NCBI GenBank assembly: GCA_963709275.1
Contig: CAVPVZ010000003.1
Span: 8,694 to 72,693 of the forward strand
DNA from: an uncultured Gammaproteobacteria bacterium
Lineage (GTDB): Bacteria > Pseudomonadota > Gammaproteobacteria > Steroidobacterales > XN24
Reading direction: 5' to 3'
DNA length: 64,000 bases
The translations under genes were made by a program, and so were the position numbers. Numbering within the stretch: position 1 is the stretch's first letter; every line of letters begins with the position of its first letter. A model generated the notes under the pieces. The model saw nothing but the letters and a program-made list of their open reading frames with translations. It had not been told where the DNA came from and made no database searches. Of the stretch, positions 12,599 to 25,138 are shown piece after piece.

Positions 12599-14725
12599 TC
12601 AGGCCTTGCGGCGCACCGAGGTGACGTTCGGCAGGCGGCCGATCCGGTGCAGCAGGCGGCTGAGGTGCTCCAGGCTGCCGATCCCGGCGGTGATGTCGAT
12701 GGTGGCCTGGTGGCTGCTGCGTTCGGTGCGCGTGGTCATGGCATTGATGTCGATCTTCTCGTCCGCCAGCAGGGCCGAGATGTCGCGGATGAGCCCGGTG
12801 CGGTCCCAGGCCTGGACCTCGATTTCCACCGGGTAGCTGGCATGTTCGCGCCCGCCCCAGTCGACCGACATCAAGCGCTGCGGATGCTCTGCCTGTAGGC
12901 GCAGCAGGTTCTTGCAGTTGGCGCGGTGGATGGAGACGCCGCGGCCCTGCGTGATGTAGCCCGCGATCGGCTCCGGCGGCAACGGACGGCAGCAGCGGGC
13001 GAAATTGGTCATCAGGTCGCCGACGCCGGAGATGGATACGGCGGCTTCGGTGTAGGTGGGCCGGCGTGCCTTGACCTGCACCTCTTCGCTCACGGCCGGT
13101 TCCGGAGCGGGCGACTCCCGCTCGCAGGCGGCGATCACCGCCGGCATGGTGAGGTCGCCGGCGCCGACGGCAAGCCACAGTTGTTCCTCGCCTTGCAGGC
13201 CAAAGCGGGCGGCCACGGCGTCCAGCTTCACGTCCAGCCCGAGGCGCGCGAGTTCCTTTTCCAGCGTGTGCTTGCCGGAGCGGCGGTTCTGGTCCTGGTC
13301 CTGTAGCCGAAACCAGGCGCGAACCTTGCTGCGGCTGCGCGGCGAAGCGAGGTAGCCCGCCTGCGGCAGCAGCCAGTCGCGGCTGGGGCGGGCGTTCTTG
13401 GCGGTCAGGATCTCCACCTTGTCCCCGTTCTTGAGCTGGTGCGTGAGCTGGACCATGCGGCCGTTGACCCGTGCGCCGCGACAGTGGTGCCCGACGTTGG
13501 TGTGCACCTGGTAGGCGAAATCCAGCGGGGTGGCGCCGGCCGGCATGTCGACCACGTCGCCCGCGGGGGTGAAGGCGTATACCCGGTCTTCGAAGATTTC
13601 CGTGCGCAGCTGTTCCAGCAGGTCGCGATCTGCTTCACCGTCGTCACCCGGGGCGAGCAACTGTCGCAACCAGCTGATCTTCTGCTCGAAGGCCGGGTCG
13701 CCGCGTCCGCCTTCCTTGTAGCGCCAGTGCGCGGCGACGCCGAGCTCCGCATGCTCGTGCATCTCGCGGGTGCGGATCTGTACTTCCAGCGGCTCCTGGC
13801 CCGGGCCCAGCACGGCGGTGTGCAGCGAGCGGTAGAAGTTGCCCTTGGGTTCGCGATGTAGTCGTCGAACTCGCCGGCGATATAGGGCCACAGGCTGTGC
13901 ACCTGGCCGAGCACCGCGTAACACTCGGGAATGGTGTCGACGAGGACGCGCACGGCGCTGATGTCGAAGACCTGCTCGATGCCGACACGCTTGCGCTGCA
14001 TCTTCCGCCAGATGCTGTAGATGTGCTTCGGCCGGCCCTCGACCTCGCCGCGGATGCCGGCCTTCTGCAGCTCGGCGCGCAGGATGCGCAATGACCTCCT
14101 CGATACGCCCCTCGCGCCCCTCGCGCGTCTGCTTGAGATACTGGGCGATGCCGCGGTAGGTCTCGGGTTCCAGGTAGCGGAAGGCGAGGTCTTCCATTTG
14201 CCACTTGAAGTGCCAGATGCCGAGACGGTTCGCCAGCGGGGCGAAAATCTCCCGCGTCTCGGTGGCTATGCGTTCGCGCAACTCGGCGGCCGCCGTGCGG
14301 GCGCGCTGCAGGCGGTCGAGCTGGTCGGCCAGGCGCACCAGCACCAGGCGCACATCGGCCACGATGGCCAGCAGCATCTTGCGCAGGGTTTCGGCTTGCG
14401 GGCCGGGGAGGGGCGTGCCGGAAGTCCAGTTCTCGGGTAAACCGAATGAGCCGAGGCGTTGCAATTCCTCGATGCGCCGGCGCATTTCGGGTCCGTGGCG
14501 CTTGGCCACGGCCTCGCCGGTGATCGCCCCGGCGGCTGCCAGGGGGTAGAGTACCGCTGCGGCACGGATGTCGGGCTCGGCGCGGATTTCATCCAGCAAC
14601 GCGGCAATGGCGAGACCCCGTGTCGCCTCCGGCTCGTGACCATTGCGAGCCAGCGTGCTGGCCTCGTCGACCGCGGCGGCGAGGAGCGACCCGGGGGAAC
14701 TGCTTTCGAGACCTTCGGTCTGCAT
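12599..14725 (-). CDS. relA: (p)ppGpp synthetase, RelA-type; two compensating frameshifts (~14090, ~13850)
   Basis: Degenerate HD region, APLANRLGIW, GRPKHIYSIWRKM, Y.SLHT, EVQIRT, TGS (GATPLDFAY.VHT), CCRPLP and a C-terminal ACT domain. Confidence 0.93.
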   Translation of the reverse strand: MQTEGLESSSPGSLLAAAVDEASTLARNGHEPEATRGLAIAALLDEIRAEPDIRAAAVLYPLAAAGAITGEAVAKRHGPEMRRRIEELQRLGSFGLPENWTSGTPLPGPQAETLRKMLLAIVADVRLVLVRLADQLDRLQRARTAAAELRERIATETREIFAPLANRLGIWHFKWQMEDLAFRYLEPETYRGIAQYLKQTREGREGRIEEVIAHPARRAAEGRHPRRGRGPAEAHLQHLAEDAAQACRHRAGLRHQRRARPRRHHSRVLRGARPGAQPVALYRRRVRRLHREPKGNFYRSLHTAVLGPGQEPLEVQIRTREMHEHAELGVAAHWRYKEGGRGDPAFEQKISWLRQLLAPGDDGEADRDLLEQLRTEIFEDRVYAFTPAGDVVDMPAGATPLDFAYQVHTNVGHHCRGARVNGRMVQLTHQLKNGDKVEILTAKNARPSRDWLLPQAGYLASPRSRSKVRAWFRLQDQDQNRRSGKHTLEKELARLGLDVKLDAVAARFGLQGEEQLWLAVGAGDLTMPAVIAACERESPAPEPAVSEEVQVKARRPTYTEAAVSISGVGDLMTNFARCCRPLPPEPIAGYITQGRGVSIHRANCKNLLRLQAEHPQRLMSVDWGGREHASYPVEIEVQAWDRTGLIRDISALLADEKIDINAMTTRTERSSHQATIDITAGIGSLEHLSRLLHRIGRLPNVTSVRRKA

Positions 14726-14747
14726 ATAGGCGTGAAAAGTTTCCGTA

Positions 14748-14771
14748 TATAATACTGAACCTAACGGTTCA
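14748..14771 (+). promoter_or_regulatory. -10 box TATAAT followed by palindrome TGAACC-N4-GGTTCA in the relA/yfaZ divergent spacer
   Basis: TATAAT at 14748-14753 and a perfect 6-bp inverted repeat at 14756-14771, in a strongly AT-rich 75-bp spacer. Confidence 0.45.
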
Positions 14772-14800
14772 TTCTTAAAGTTAATTTGGAGGTCTTTGCC

Positions 14801-15358
14801 ATGCGCTGGCTTGTACTGTTGCCGATTCTCGCGTTCTGGTCCGCCGCTGCGACGGCGCACGGAGTCGATCTCAACGTAAACGATAAGGCGGTACGGGTCA
14901 CGGGCGAACTCCAGTTGCGCCGCGATATCGTCGTCGACGGAAGTATCTATTACAACGATGATCGCGGCGAGGTGTACGGGGTAGGCCTGCACGCGATCGG
15001 CGCGGCGACCGGCGGCCAGAATCCGCTGCGCGCCGGACTGGGCGCGCGCCTGTTGCGCATCGATTCGAACATCCTGGGCCGGGATTCCGGTAGTGCGCTG
15101 CCGCTCGGCGGTTACATGAATTACCGCATCCCCGGATACGACCGCTTCAGCGTGGGGGGCAGCCTGTACTACGCGCCCGACGTGCTGTCGTTCAGCGACG
15201 TGCGCAAGTACTGGGAATACAATGCCTGGGCCGCGTACGACGTGTTTCGCTCCGGGCAGGTCTACCTCGGCGTGCGCAGTATCCGGGCGGACTTCGAACG
15301 CAGCCCGGAAGTAACCTTCGATACCGGGCTGCATGTCGGCCTGCGCCTTACGTTCTGA
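14801..15358 (+). CDS. YfaZ-family outer-membrane beta-barrel protein
   Basis: Signal peptide, alternating beta-strand pattern, YYAPDVLSF motif, C-terminal Phe; SD GGAGG. Confidence 0.8.
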   Translation: MRWLVLLPILAFWSAAATAHGVDLNVNDKAVRVTGELQLRRDIVVDGSIYYNDDRGEVYGVGLHAIGAATGGQNPLRAGLGARLLRIDSNILGRDSGSALPLGGYMNYRIPGYDRFSVGGSLYYAPDVLSFSDVRKYWEYNAWAAYDVFRSGQVYLGVRSIRADFERSPEVTFDTGLHVGLRLTF

Positions 15359-15427
15359 ACCGCCTGTCCTCCGGAAGGGCACGCGAACAGGGTAAAATCC
15401 CGACTCCATCCACGCTGCAGGAACTCC

Positions 15428-16167
15428 ATGGCTGGCCACAGTAAATGGGCGAACATCAAGCACCGCAAGGGCGCCCAGGACAAGAAGCGCGGCAAGGTAT
15501 TCACCAAGCTGATTCGCGAGATCACCAGCGCCGCGCGTGGCGGTGACGCCGATCCCGGCTGAATCCGCGCCTGCGCCTGGCGATCGACAAGGCCAAGGCG
15601 CGAGCGTGCCCAAGGACAACATCGAGCGCGCCTGGAAGCGCGGCTCCGGCGAAGACGGCGGCGCGACTACGAGGAAGTGCGCTACGAGGGCTACGGCCCT
15701 GGCGGCGTCGCCGTCCTGGTCGAATGCATGACCGACAACCGCAATCGCACGGTCGCCGAAGTGCGCCATGCGTTCACGAAGTTCGGCGGCAATCTCGGCG
15801 CGGACGGTAGCGTGTCGTATCTGTTCAAGCACTGCGGGGTGATCATCTACCCGGCCGGAACGGACGAGGAGACCTGCTCAACGCGGCCCTGGAGGCCGGC
15901 GCCGAGGACGTCGTGTCGAATGAAGACGGCTCCTTCGACGTGCTTACGGCGCCGGCGGACTTCGAGCAGGTGCGCGATGCCCTGGTCGCTGCGGGGCTCG
16001 AGCCGGAGGACGCCGAGGTCACCATGCGGGCCGCAACCGGGGTCGAGGTGGACGGCGAGGATGCCGACCAGGTGCTGAAGTTGCTGGAGATGCTCGAGGA
16101 CCTGGACGACGTGCAGGACGTGTACACCAATGCAGAAATTTCGGATGAAGTGCTTGCGGGCGCCTGA
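15428..16167 (+). CDS. yebC: YebC/PmpR family protein; several apparent frameshifts
   Basis: [38 protein letters not shown] and [14 protein letters not shown] pieces in different frames; classic position before ruvC. Confidence 0.93.
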
Positions 16168-16188
16168 GCGGGGCCCGGGCGGAGGCGG

Positions 16189-16705
16189 ATGACGGGGTCA
16201 CTGACCATCCTCGGCATCGATCCTGGTTCGCGGTGACCGGCTTTGGCGTCATTACCGCCAGGGGCACGACGCTGCTATCGTCGCCAGCGGATGCATCCGC
16301 ACCGGTGGCGGCGACATGGCTGCGCGGCTGCGCATCATTTTCGAGGGCGCATCGCGCCTGGTCGAGCAGTACGCCCCGGACGAAATTTCCATCGAGCGGG
16401 TCTTCATGCATCGCAACGCGGACAGCGCCCTGAAGCTCGGCCATGCACGCGCGGCCGCGCTGTGCGCGCACCTTCACCCGGCCCGTCCCGGTGCACGAGT
16501 ACGCCGCGCGCGAGGTCAAGCAGGCGGTCACCGGCAGCGGTGGCGCGGAGAAGTCCCAGGTGGCGCATATGGTGCGGCGCCTGCTGTCGCTGGAGGGGCC
16601 GCTGGCGTCCGGATGCGGCGGATGCGCTGGCGGTGGCGATCTGCCATGCGCACTGCGCGGCAGCCGCGCCCTGAAGGCGCAGTTGCCGCAGGGGGACGCG
16701 CATGA
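16189..16705 (+). CDS. ruvC: Holliday junction resolvase; several apparent frameshifts
   Basis: ILGIDPGSR-(V)[42 protein letters not shown] and [14 protein letters not shown]. Confidence 0.92.
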
Positions 16706-17291
16706 TCGGTTTCCTCGGGGCATGCTGGCGGCGAAGCACCCGCCGCAGTTGCTGGTGGACGTCGGCGGCGTCGGCTACGAGATCGAAGCGCCGATGTCGA
16801 CCTTCTACGAGCTGCCCGATACCGGCGAGCCGGTGCGGCTGCTCACGCACCTGCTGGTGCGCGAGGATGCCCATATTCTGTACGGCTTTGCCACGGACCA
16901 GGAGCGCCAGCTGTTCCGCAACCTGATCAAGGTCGGCGGCGTCGGCGCCCGGACGGCGCTGGCCATCCTGTCCGGCATCAGCGTCGAGGCCTTTGCGCGC
17001 TGCGTGCAGGCCGAGGATGCCGTCTCGCTGACGAAGATCCCGGGCGTCGGGCACAAGACCGCCGAGCGGCTGATCGTGGAAATGCGCGACCGCCTCAAGC
17101 AGACCGGCGCGGGGGTGGCGCAGTCCATCGCGGCCGGCGCCGCCGGCTCGCCCTCGGACGAGGCCTTCGGCGCCCTGGTGGCGCTTGGCTACCGCCCGGC
17201 GGAGGCGCAGCGCCTGCTCAAGCTGGTCGAGGACAAGGCGGACTCCACCGAGGCGATGATCCGCGCCGCCCTGCAGGCAGCGGCGAGGTGA
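16702..17291 (+). CDS. ruvA: Holliday junction branch migration protein A; frameshift near 16716
   Basis: [26 protein letters not shown] (HhH), [12 protein letters not shown] and ALVALGY. Confidence 0.95.
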
Positions 17292-17295
17292 GCAC

Positions 17296-18353
<1,058 letters not shown>

Positions 18354-18360
<7 letters not shown>

Positions 18361-18817
18361 GCGCCGCCGGAGCTCCGACAGATGGACCCGCGACCTGCGC
18401 GGCGCCCTTCGAGTGGCCGGTGCGCGTGTACTACGAGGACACGGACCTCGGCGGCGTGGTCTACTACGCCAACTACCTCAAGTTACCTGGAGCGGGCCCG
18501 CACCGAGTGGCTGCGCGCACTGGGTGTGTCCCAGATCCGCGCTGCTGGCGGAACGCCGGGCTGCTGTTTGCCGTGACAGCCGTGAACATCCGCTACCTGA
18601 GCCCGGCGCGATTCGAGGACACGCTGGTGGTGAGCGTTGCGCTCGAGCGCCATGCGCCGCGCCAGCATGAACTTCAGCCAGTCGATCCGGCGCGATACGG
18701 CCGACGGTGAGCTGCTGTGCCACGGCGGAGGTCGTCGCCGCGTGCCTGTCGTGCGCAGGACAATGCGACCCTGCGCCACTGCCGCCGCAGTCTGTTTCAG
18801 GAGTACAGCCTGCATGC
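18354..18817 (+). CDS. ybgC: Tol-Pal-associated acyl-CoA thioesterase; frameshifted, ends approximate
   Basis: [21 protein letters not shown] and ERARTEWLR; lies between ruvB and tolQ. Confidence 0.88.
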
Positions 18818-19514
18818 AGCACGACCTTGTCCATATCTGCAGACTCGTCCTGGAGGCCAGCCTGGTGGTGCAGCTCGTGATGGTGCCTGCTGCTGCTCGC
18901 CTCGGTGGCCTCGTGGGCCGTCATCATCCGGAAGCAACCGCATGCTCGGCGCCGCCCGCGCCAGGCGGACGGCTTCGAGAAAGAGCTTCTGGTCCGGCGG
19001 CGACCTGAACGGCCTGTACCGCCGCATTGTCGGCGCGCGAGAGCGCGCCACCGGCATGGCGGGCATCTTCGAAGCCGGTTTTCGCGAGTTCAGCCGGCTG
19101 CGCCAGCAGGACGGACCTGCACGGCCAACCAGGTCGTCGAGGGCGCGCGGCGCGCCATGCGGGTGTCGCAGATGCGCGAGGTCGACCGCCTGGAGCAGAA
19201 CCTGGCCATCCTCGCCACGGTCGGCTCCACCAGCCCCTACGTCGGGCTGTTCGGCACGGTCTGGGGCATCATGAACGCCTTTCATCGCACTGGGTAACGT
19301 GCAGCAGGCGACGCTCGCCATGGTGGCGCCCGGGCATCGCCGAGGCGCTGATCGCCACCGCCATGGGCCTGTTCGCGGCGATCCCGGCGGTGATCGCCTA
19401 CAACCGCTACGCGGACACAGGTGGACGCGGCTGGAAAGCCGCTACGACACCTTCATGGAGGAGTTCTCCACCATCCTGCAGCGCCACGCCCGCGGCGCGC
19501 GACGCGAGGCCTGA
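18814..19514 (+). CDS. tolQ: TolQ; many apparent frameshifts
   Basis: [37 protein letters not shown] and [24 protein letters not shown]. Confidence 0.92.
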
Positions 19515-19515
19515 C

Positions 19516-19966
<451 letters not shown>

Positions 19967-19969
19967 CCG

Positions 19970-20903
19970 GTGCTCGAGTTCCTGCGCCAGCATGCGCTTG
20001 CCCTGGTGCTGGCAGGCCTGATGCACGCGGCGCTCATCGCGGCGCTGGTGCTGGGCTTGCCCGGGCTGCCCGTGGCGCAGGTCGGGGCTCCGCCCATGGA
20101 GCCGCCGCCGGTGCAGGCCGTAGCGGTGAGCGAAGCGGACCTGCGTGCGGTGGAGCAGCAGCGCGCGGCCCAGCGGCAGGCGGAAGTGCGGCGGCAACGC
20201 GAGGCCGAGGAGGCGCGACGCCTGGAACAGTTGCGCGTCCAGCGCGCACGCGAAGAAGCCGAGCGTAAAGCGCGCGCCGAAGCCGAGCGCCAGGCCGAGG
20301 CGCAGCGTGCGGCGGAAACGGCCCGCAAGGCAGAAGAGGCGCGCAAGGCGCAAGGTAGAAGAAGCCCGCAAGGCCGAGGCAGCAAGAAAGGCCGAGGAGG
20401 CCAGGCGCGCGGAGGAGGCCCGCAAGGCGGAAGAAGCCAGGCGCAAGGAAGAGGCGCGCAAGGCGGAGGAAGCGAGGCGCGCCGAGGAGGCCCGCAAGGC
20501 GGCCGAGGCAGCGGCTGCACGCGAGGCCGAGCGCCTGGCGGCAGAACAGCGCGCGCGCGAAGAGACGCAGCGCCAGCTGGCGGCGCAGATCGACGAGGAG
20601 CAGCGCATCATGCGGCTGCGGGCGTCGAGGGAGTACGGGGCGTGGCTGGGCGCCATCCAGTCCCAGGTCCAGCGCAACTGGAACAAGCCGCCCTCGGCGC
20701 GCGCCGGACTGGCCTGCGAAGTCCGCGTCGGCCTGATTCCCGGCATGGAAGTCGTGAGCGCGGAAATCGTAAGCTGCAATGGCGATGATGCCGTGCGACG
20801 CTCTATCCTCGCCGCGGTGGAACGTGCGTCGCCGCTGCCGCGCCCGTCGGACCCTGCACTTTTCGAGCGCAGCATTGTCTTCATATTCAAGCCCGAGGAA
20901 TGA
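19970..20903 (+). CDS. tolA: TolA; frameshift near 20352
   Basis: N-terminal TM with conserved His, long Ala/Glu/Arg/Lys helix and C-terminal domain (IQSQVQRNW..P, RASPLP.P). Confidence 0.9.
20320..20510 (+). repeat. Degenerate 18-bp tandem repeat encoding (ARKAEE)n in the TolA helical domain
   Basis: About ten imperfect copies of GCNCGCAAGGCNGARGAG-like units. Confidence 0.8.
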
Positions 20904-22207
20904 ACCGACCCATGACCCAACGTATTACTGCCTTGTTCGCCCTGCTGCTGCTGCTCGTGCCCGCGGCCCAGGCCGAGTTACGCATCGAGATCACCCAGGG
21001 CGTCAGCGAGGCGGTGCCGATCGCCGTGGTGCCGTTCGCCTATGCGGGCGAGGGCAGGCCGGCGCTCGACCTGGCCGCGGTCATCGATGGCGACCTCGCT
21101 TCGAGCGGACGCTTCGCGCCCATGGACCGCCGCGACATGGTGGCGCAGCCGACGCGTCCCGAGGAGGTCCGCCTGGAGGACTGGCGCCTGCTGAAGACCG
21201 ATATCCTGGTCATCGGCCAGCTCAGCCCACTGGACGGCGAGCGTTACTCGGTCGAGTTCCACGTCTTTGACGTCTTCCGCGGCGAGCCGCTGATGGCGTT
21301 CAGCCTGACGGCGGCGGCCGGCAACCTGCGTGGCGCTGCGCATCGCATCGCGGACATGATCTTCGAGCGGCTCACCGGCGTGCCCGGCGTGTTCTCGACC
21401 CGGATCGCTTACGTCACGGTGGACCGCGCGGGCGAGCGCAACCGTTACCGGCTGTGGCTGGCCGATGCGGACGGCGCGCGCCAGACCGCGATCGCCGAGT
21501 CCGGGCAGCCGATCATGTCGCCGTCGTGGTCACCCGACGGTCGCCGCATCGCCTACGTGTCTTTCGAGTCCGGGGTGTCGCGCATTTTCGTGCAGGAAGT
21601 GGCCACTGGGCAGCGTGAAGTGGTTTCCGGCCAGCCCGGGATCAATTCGGCGCCGGCGTGGTCGCCGGACGGCAGGAAGCTCGCGCTGGTGCTCGGCGGG
21701 GCGGACGGCAACCTCGACATTCACGTGTTGTCGCTGGATTCGAAACGACTCCTGCGTGTCACCCAGCATCCAGCGATCGACACCGAGCCCGACTGGGCGC
21801 CGGATGGGCGCAGCCTGTACTTCACTTCGGACCGCGCCGGCCGGCCGCAGGTTTACCGCGTCAGCCTGGACGGCGATGCGCCGCGGCGGGTGACGTTCGA
21901 GGGCGTGTACAACGCGCGGCCGCGAATCTCGCCGGACGGCTCACAGCTGGCAGTGGTTCACAATGACCGCGGCAACTTCCGCATCGGGTTGTTCGACCTG
22001 GCGCGCGGGTCGCTGCGGATCCTGTCGGAAGGCCGCCAGGACGAGTCGCCGAGTTTCGCCCCCAACGGCAGCATGATCATTTATGCGACGCGCGAGGGCA
22101 GCCGCGGTGTGCTGGCGGCGACCTCCACGGACGGACGGGTGAAGCAGCGCATCGCGACCACTGAGGGTGAAGTGCGCGAACCGGTGTGGTCGCCTTACCC
22201 CCGCTAG
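20900..22207 (+). CDS. tolB: Tol-Pal beta-propeller protein
   Basis: Signal peptide, PIAVVPF, AAHRIAD.I, TRIAYV and repeated P.WSPDG (PD40) units. Confidence 0.97.
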   Translation: MNRPMTQRITALFALLLLLVPAAQAELRIEITQGVSEAVPIAVVPFAYAGEGRPALDLAAVIDGDLASSGRFAPMDRRDMVAQPTRPEEVRLEDWRLLKTDILVIGQLSPLDGERYSVEFHVFDVFRGEPLMAFSLTAAAGNLRGAAHRIADMIFERLTGVPGVFSTRIAYVTVDRAGERNRYRLWLADADGARQTAIAESGQPIMSPSWSPDGRRIAYVSFESGVSRIFVQEVATGQREVVSGQPGINSAPAWSPDGRKLALVLGGADGNLDIHVLSLDSKRLLRVTQHPAIDTEPDWAPDGRSLYFTSDRAGRPQVYRVSLDGDAPRRVTFEGVYNARPRISPDGSQLAVVHNDRGNFRIGLFDLARGSLRILSEGRQDESPSFAPNGSMIIYATREGSRGVLAATSTDGRVKQRIATTEGEVREPVWSPYPR

Positions 22208-22281
22208 TGCGAACAGTTAACATAGTGCACCTTATCGCTCCGCCGCCTGCGGCGGGGTCACGCCAAGAGGAATACAACGCC

Positions 22282-22824
22282 ATGTCCATGCGCAAGATTT
22301 TCATCGTGATCGCCAGTTCGCTCGCGTTCGCCGCCTGCACGCCGACCACCGAGCCGGAGGAGCCGATGTCCGGTTCGGCTGTGGAGCCGCAGGACGGATT
22401 CATCACCCAGCCCTTGCCTGACGACGGCAGCTATATGAACGGCCAGGCCGTGGAAGGCGGATTCGGCGCCGGCGAGGGCGCCGAGGCGCTGCTGGGTCGC
22501 TCTATCATCTACTTTGATTTCGACTCCGCCGCCATTCGTGCCGAATACACCGAGGCCCTCGCGGCCCACGCCGGGAGCCTGCTGGAGAACCCGGCGCTCA
22601 CCGTGCGCCTGGAAGGGCATACCGACGAGCGCGGCTCGCGCGAGTACAACATCGGCCTGGGCGAGCGTCGTGCGCAGGCTGTGCGCCGTGCGCTCATGCT
22701 CCAGGGCGTGCGGGCCGAACAGCTCAGCACGGTCAGCTACGGCGAAGAGCAGCCGGCCGTGACGGGTAGCGACGACGAGGCCTGGGCCATGAACCGCCGC
22801 GTCGAGATCGTGTACCCGCGATGA
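22282..22824 (+). CDS. pal: Peptidoglycan-associated lipoprotein
   Basis: Lipobox FAAC, IYFDFD, EGHTDERGSREYNIGLGERRA and NRRVEI. Confidence 0.97.
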   Translation: MSMRKIFIVIASSLAFAACTPTTEPEEPMSGSAVEPQDGFITQPLPDDGSYMNGQAVEGGFGAGEGAEALLGRSIIYFDFDSAAIRAEYTEALAAHAGSLLENPALTVRLEGHTDERGSREYNIGLGERRAQAVRRALMLQGVRAEQLSTVSYGEEQPAVTGSDDEAWAMNRRVEIVYPR

Positions 22825-23630
22825 TCATGCGCAACGCTTGCCTGGCGCTGGCGACGGCCGCGCTCCTGACCGGCTGCTTGTTGCCGCCTGAAGAAGACCC
22901 CGTCCTGATCAAGCTCGACGAGCTGGACCGGCGCGTGGGCGCCATCGAGCGCGTGGTGCGCAACGAGAGCCTGTTGCAGATCGCCACCGAGCTCGAGGTG
23001 CTGCGCGAAGAAGTGCGCGGGCTGCGCGGTGCCTCGGAGGCACTGCAGTACGAGGCGGAGAACGCCGCCACGCGGCAGCGCGACCAGTACCTCGACCTGG
23101 ACCAGCGCCTGCAGTCGCTCGAGCGTCGCACGCGCGGCGGCCAGCCCGAGGCCACGGGCGAGGGCGCGCTGCCGGAGGCCGGCGTGGCGCCATTGCCCGT
23201 GCCTGCCCCGGGGGGAGCGGCCCCCGGGGCCGGCGCTGCGCCCGGAGATGGCCAGGCCGCCTACCAGGCGGCGCTGGAGTTGCTGCGCCAGGGCCGTTAT
23301 GCACAGGCCGAGGAGGGGTTCCGCCAGTTCCTGGCTGATTTCCCGAACAGCGAGCTGGTAGACAACGGCATGTACTGGCTCGCCGAGACCCACTACGTGA
23401 ACCGCGACTTCGAGACTGCGCTGGCAACCTTCCAGCAGGTGCTGGAGCAGCACCCGAACTCCCGCAAGGCGCCGGACGCCCTGCTCAAGGCCGGCTTCTG
23501 CGAGTACGAACTGAAGCGCCTGGACGCGGCGCGCACGACGCTGCGTAGCGTGATCGAGCAGTACCCCGACTCGACGGCGGCGCGGCTGGCCACGCAGCGG
23601 CTCGAGCGCATTCGTTCCGAGGGGCCATAG
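22821..23630 (+). CDS. cpoB: Tol-Pal protein YbgF/CpoB (lipoprotein form)
   Basis: Lipobox LLTGC, coiled coil and TPR domain (YWLAE, KAPDALLK, YPDSTAARLA). Confidence 0.93.
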   Translation: MIMRNACLALATAALLTGCLLPPEEDPVLIKLDELDRRVGAIERVVRNESLLQIATELEVLREEVRGLRGASEALQYEAENAATRQRDQYLDLDQRLQSLERRTRGGQPEATGEGALPEAGVAPLPVPAPGGAAPGAGAAPGDGQAAYQAALELLRQGRYAQAEEGFRQFLADFPNSELVDNGMYWLAETHYVNRDFETALATFQQVLEQHPNSRKAPDALLKAGFCEYELKRLDAARTTLRSVIEQYPDSTAARLATQRLERIRSEGP

Positions 23631-23636
23631 GCGCTG

Positions 23637-24311
23637 ATGGCCGCCGCAGTGGGGGAGGCGGTGCGCCCCGAAACAGGGCTGCGGATCACCGAGATTTTTC
23701 TTTCGGTGCAGGGCGAAGCCACCAGCGTTGGCTGGCCGACGGTATTCGTGCGCCTCACCGGTTGTCCGCTGCGCTGCGGCTATTGCGACACCGCCTATGC
23801 CTTCCACGGCGGTGAGCGGCTGTCGCTCGACGAGATCGAGCGACAGGTTGGCGCGCACGGCGTGCGCCATGTCTGCGTCACCGGCGGGGAGCCGCTGGCG
23901 CAACGCGGCTGCCTCGACCTGGTCGCGCGCTTGTGCGCCGCCGGTTACCACGTGTCGGTCGAGACCAGCGGCGCGCTCGATATCAGCGGGCTCGATACGC
24001 GCGCGCAGCGCGTGATGGACGTGAAGACTCCGGGTTCCGGCGAGTCAGCGCGCAACCTGCCGGCTAACCTGGGCGCGCTGCGGCGGCAGGACTGCGCCAA
24101 GTTCGTCATTTGCGACCGCGCCGACTACGAGTGGGCCCGGCAGTTCATTGCCGAGCACCGTCTCACAGAGCAATGCGAGGTGCTGTTCTCGCCCTGCTGG
24201 GGCCGGGTCGCGCCGGCTGAGCTGGCAGAGTGGATCCTTGCCGACCGCCTCCCGGTGCGGTTCCAGCTCCAGTTGCACAAGGTCCTGTGGGGCGATGTCC
24301 CGGGCCGGTGA
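23637..24311 (+). CDS. queE: 7-carboxy-7-deazaguanine synthase (radical SAM)
   Basis: [19 protein letters not shown] (CxxxCxxC), TGGEPL and QLHK.LW. Confidence 0.96.
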   Translation: MAAAVGEAVRPETGLRITEIFLSVQGEATSVGWPTVFVRLTGCPLRCGYCDTAYAFHGGERLSLDEIERQVGAHGVRHVCVTGGEPLAQRGCLDLVARLCAAGYHVSVETSGALDISGLDTRAQRVMDVKTPGSGESARNLPANLGALRRQDCAKFVICDRADYEWARQFIAEHRLTEQCEVLFSPCWGRVAPAELAEWILADRLPVRFQLQLHKVLWGDVPGR

Positions 24312-24996
24312 CGCAGGCCGCGCGCGTGCGGTGGTGTTGCTGTCCGGCGGCCTCGATTCGGCCACCGTTCTCGCGGCTGCCGTGGCGGCCGGGCTGGAGT
24401 GCCACACCCTGAGTTTCCGCTACGGCCAGCGCCATGACGCAGAACTGGCGGCAGCAGAGCGCATCTCGGGCGCCCTGGGCGCGGCCTCGCACCGCGTGAT
24501 CGGCATCGACCTCGGGACGGTCGGCGGCTCGGCCCTGACCGACCCTGACATCGCGGTGCCGGAAACTCCTTCCACGGGCATTCCGGTGACCTATGTGCCG
24601 GCGCGCAACAGCGTTTTCCTCGCCCTCGGCATGGGGCTGGCAGAGGTGCTGGAGGCTGACGAGCTGCACATCGGCGTGAATGCAGTCGATTACTCCGGTT
24701 ATCCCGACTGCCGCCCGGAATTCATCGCCGCCTTCGGGCGCGTGGCCGCGCTGGCGACACGCCGGGCCGTGGAGGGCCAGCCTCTACACATCCGGGCTCC
24801 GCTCATCGAGTTGAGCAAAGCGGAGATCATTCGCCGCGGCGTGGCGCTCGGGGTCGACTATGCGCTCACGGTTTCCTGCTACCAGGCGGACCCGGACGGC
24901 GCCGCCTGCGGGCGGTGTGATGCCTGTCGCCTGCGCCGCGAGGGTTTCGCTGCAGCGGGCGAGCCGGATCCGACCCGATACCGCCGCCCGGAGTGA
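24295..24996 (+). CDS. queC: 7-cyano-7-deazaguanine synthase
   Basis: [27 protein letters not shown] and SCY...CG.CD.C. Confidence 0.96.
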   Translation: MSRAGDAGRARAVVLLSGGLDSATVLAAAVAAGLECHTLSFRYGQRHDAELAAAERISGALGAASHRVIGIDLGTVGGSALTDPDIAVPETPSTGIPVTYVPARNSVFLALGMGLAEVLEADELHIGVNAVDYSGYPDCRPEFIAAFGRVAALATRRAVEGQPLHIRAPLIELSKAEIIRRGVALGVDYALTVSCYQADPDGAACGRCDACRLRREGFAAAGEPDPTRYRRPE

Positions 24997-25047
24997 TCGG
25001 CTAAACTGTCGCGCCCGCGGGGTGTGCCCCGCGCGTCCCGCCCGCAA

Positions 25048-25123
25048 GGGCCGTTAGCTCAATCGGTAGAGCAGCGGGCTTTTAACCCGTTGGTTCTGGG
25101 TTCGAGTCCCAGGCGGCCCACCA
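25048..25123 (+). tRNA. tRNA-Lys(TTT)
   Basis: Acceptor GGGCCGT/GCGGCCC, anticodon arm GCGGG-CT TTT AA-CCCGT, T-loop TTCGAGT and encoded CCA; usual position after queC. Confidence 0.97.
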
Positions 25124-25138
25124 TTCTTGTCCTGCGCG

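Noticed and set aside
14726-15832. Apparent 369-aa N-terminal extension of RelA in the ORF track
   Set aside because: It is the antisense of yfaZ and yebC; RelA-like sequence starts near 14725.
20320-20510. Tandem repeats that might suggest a CRISPR array
   Set aside because: In-frame 18-bp coding repeats of the TolA helix; no unique spacers and no cas genes.
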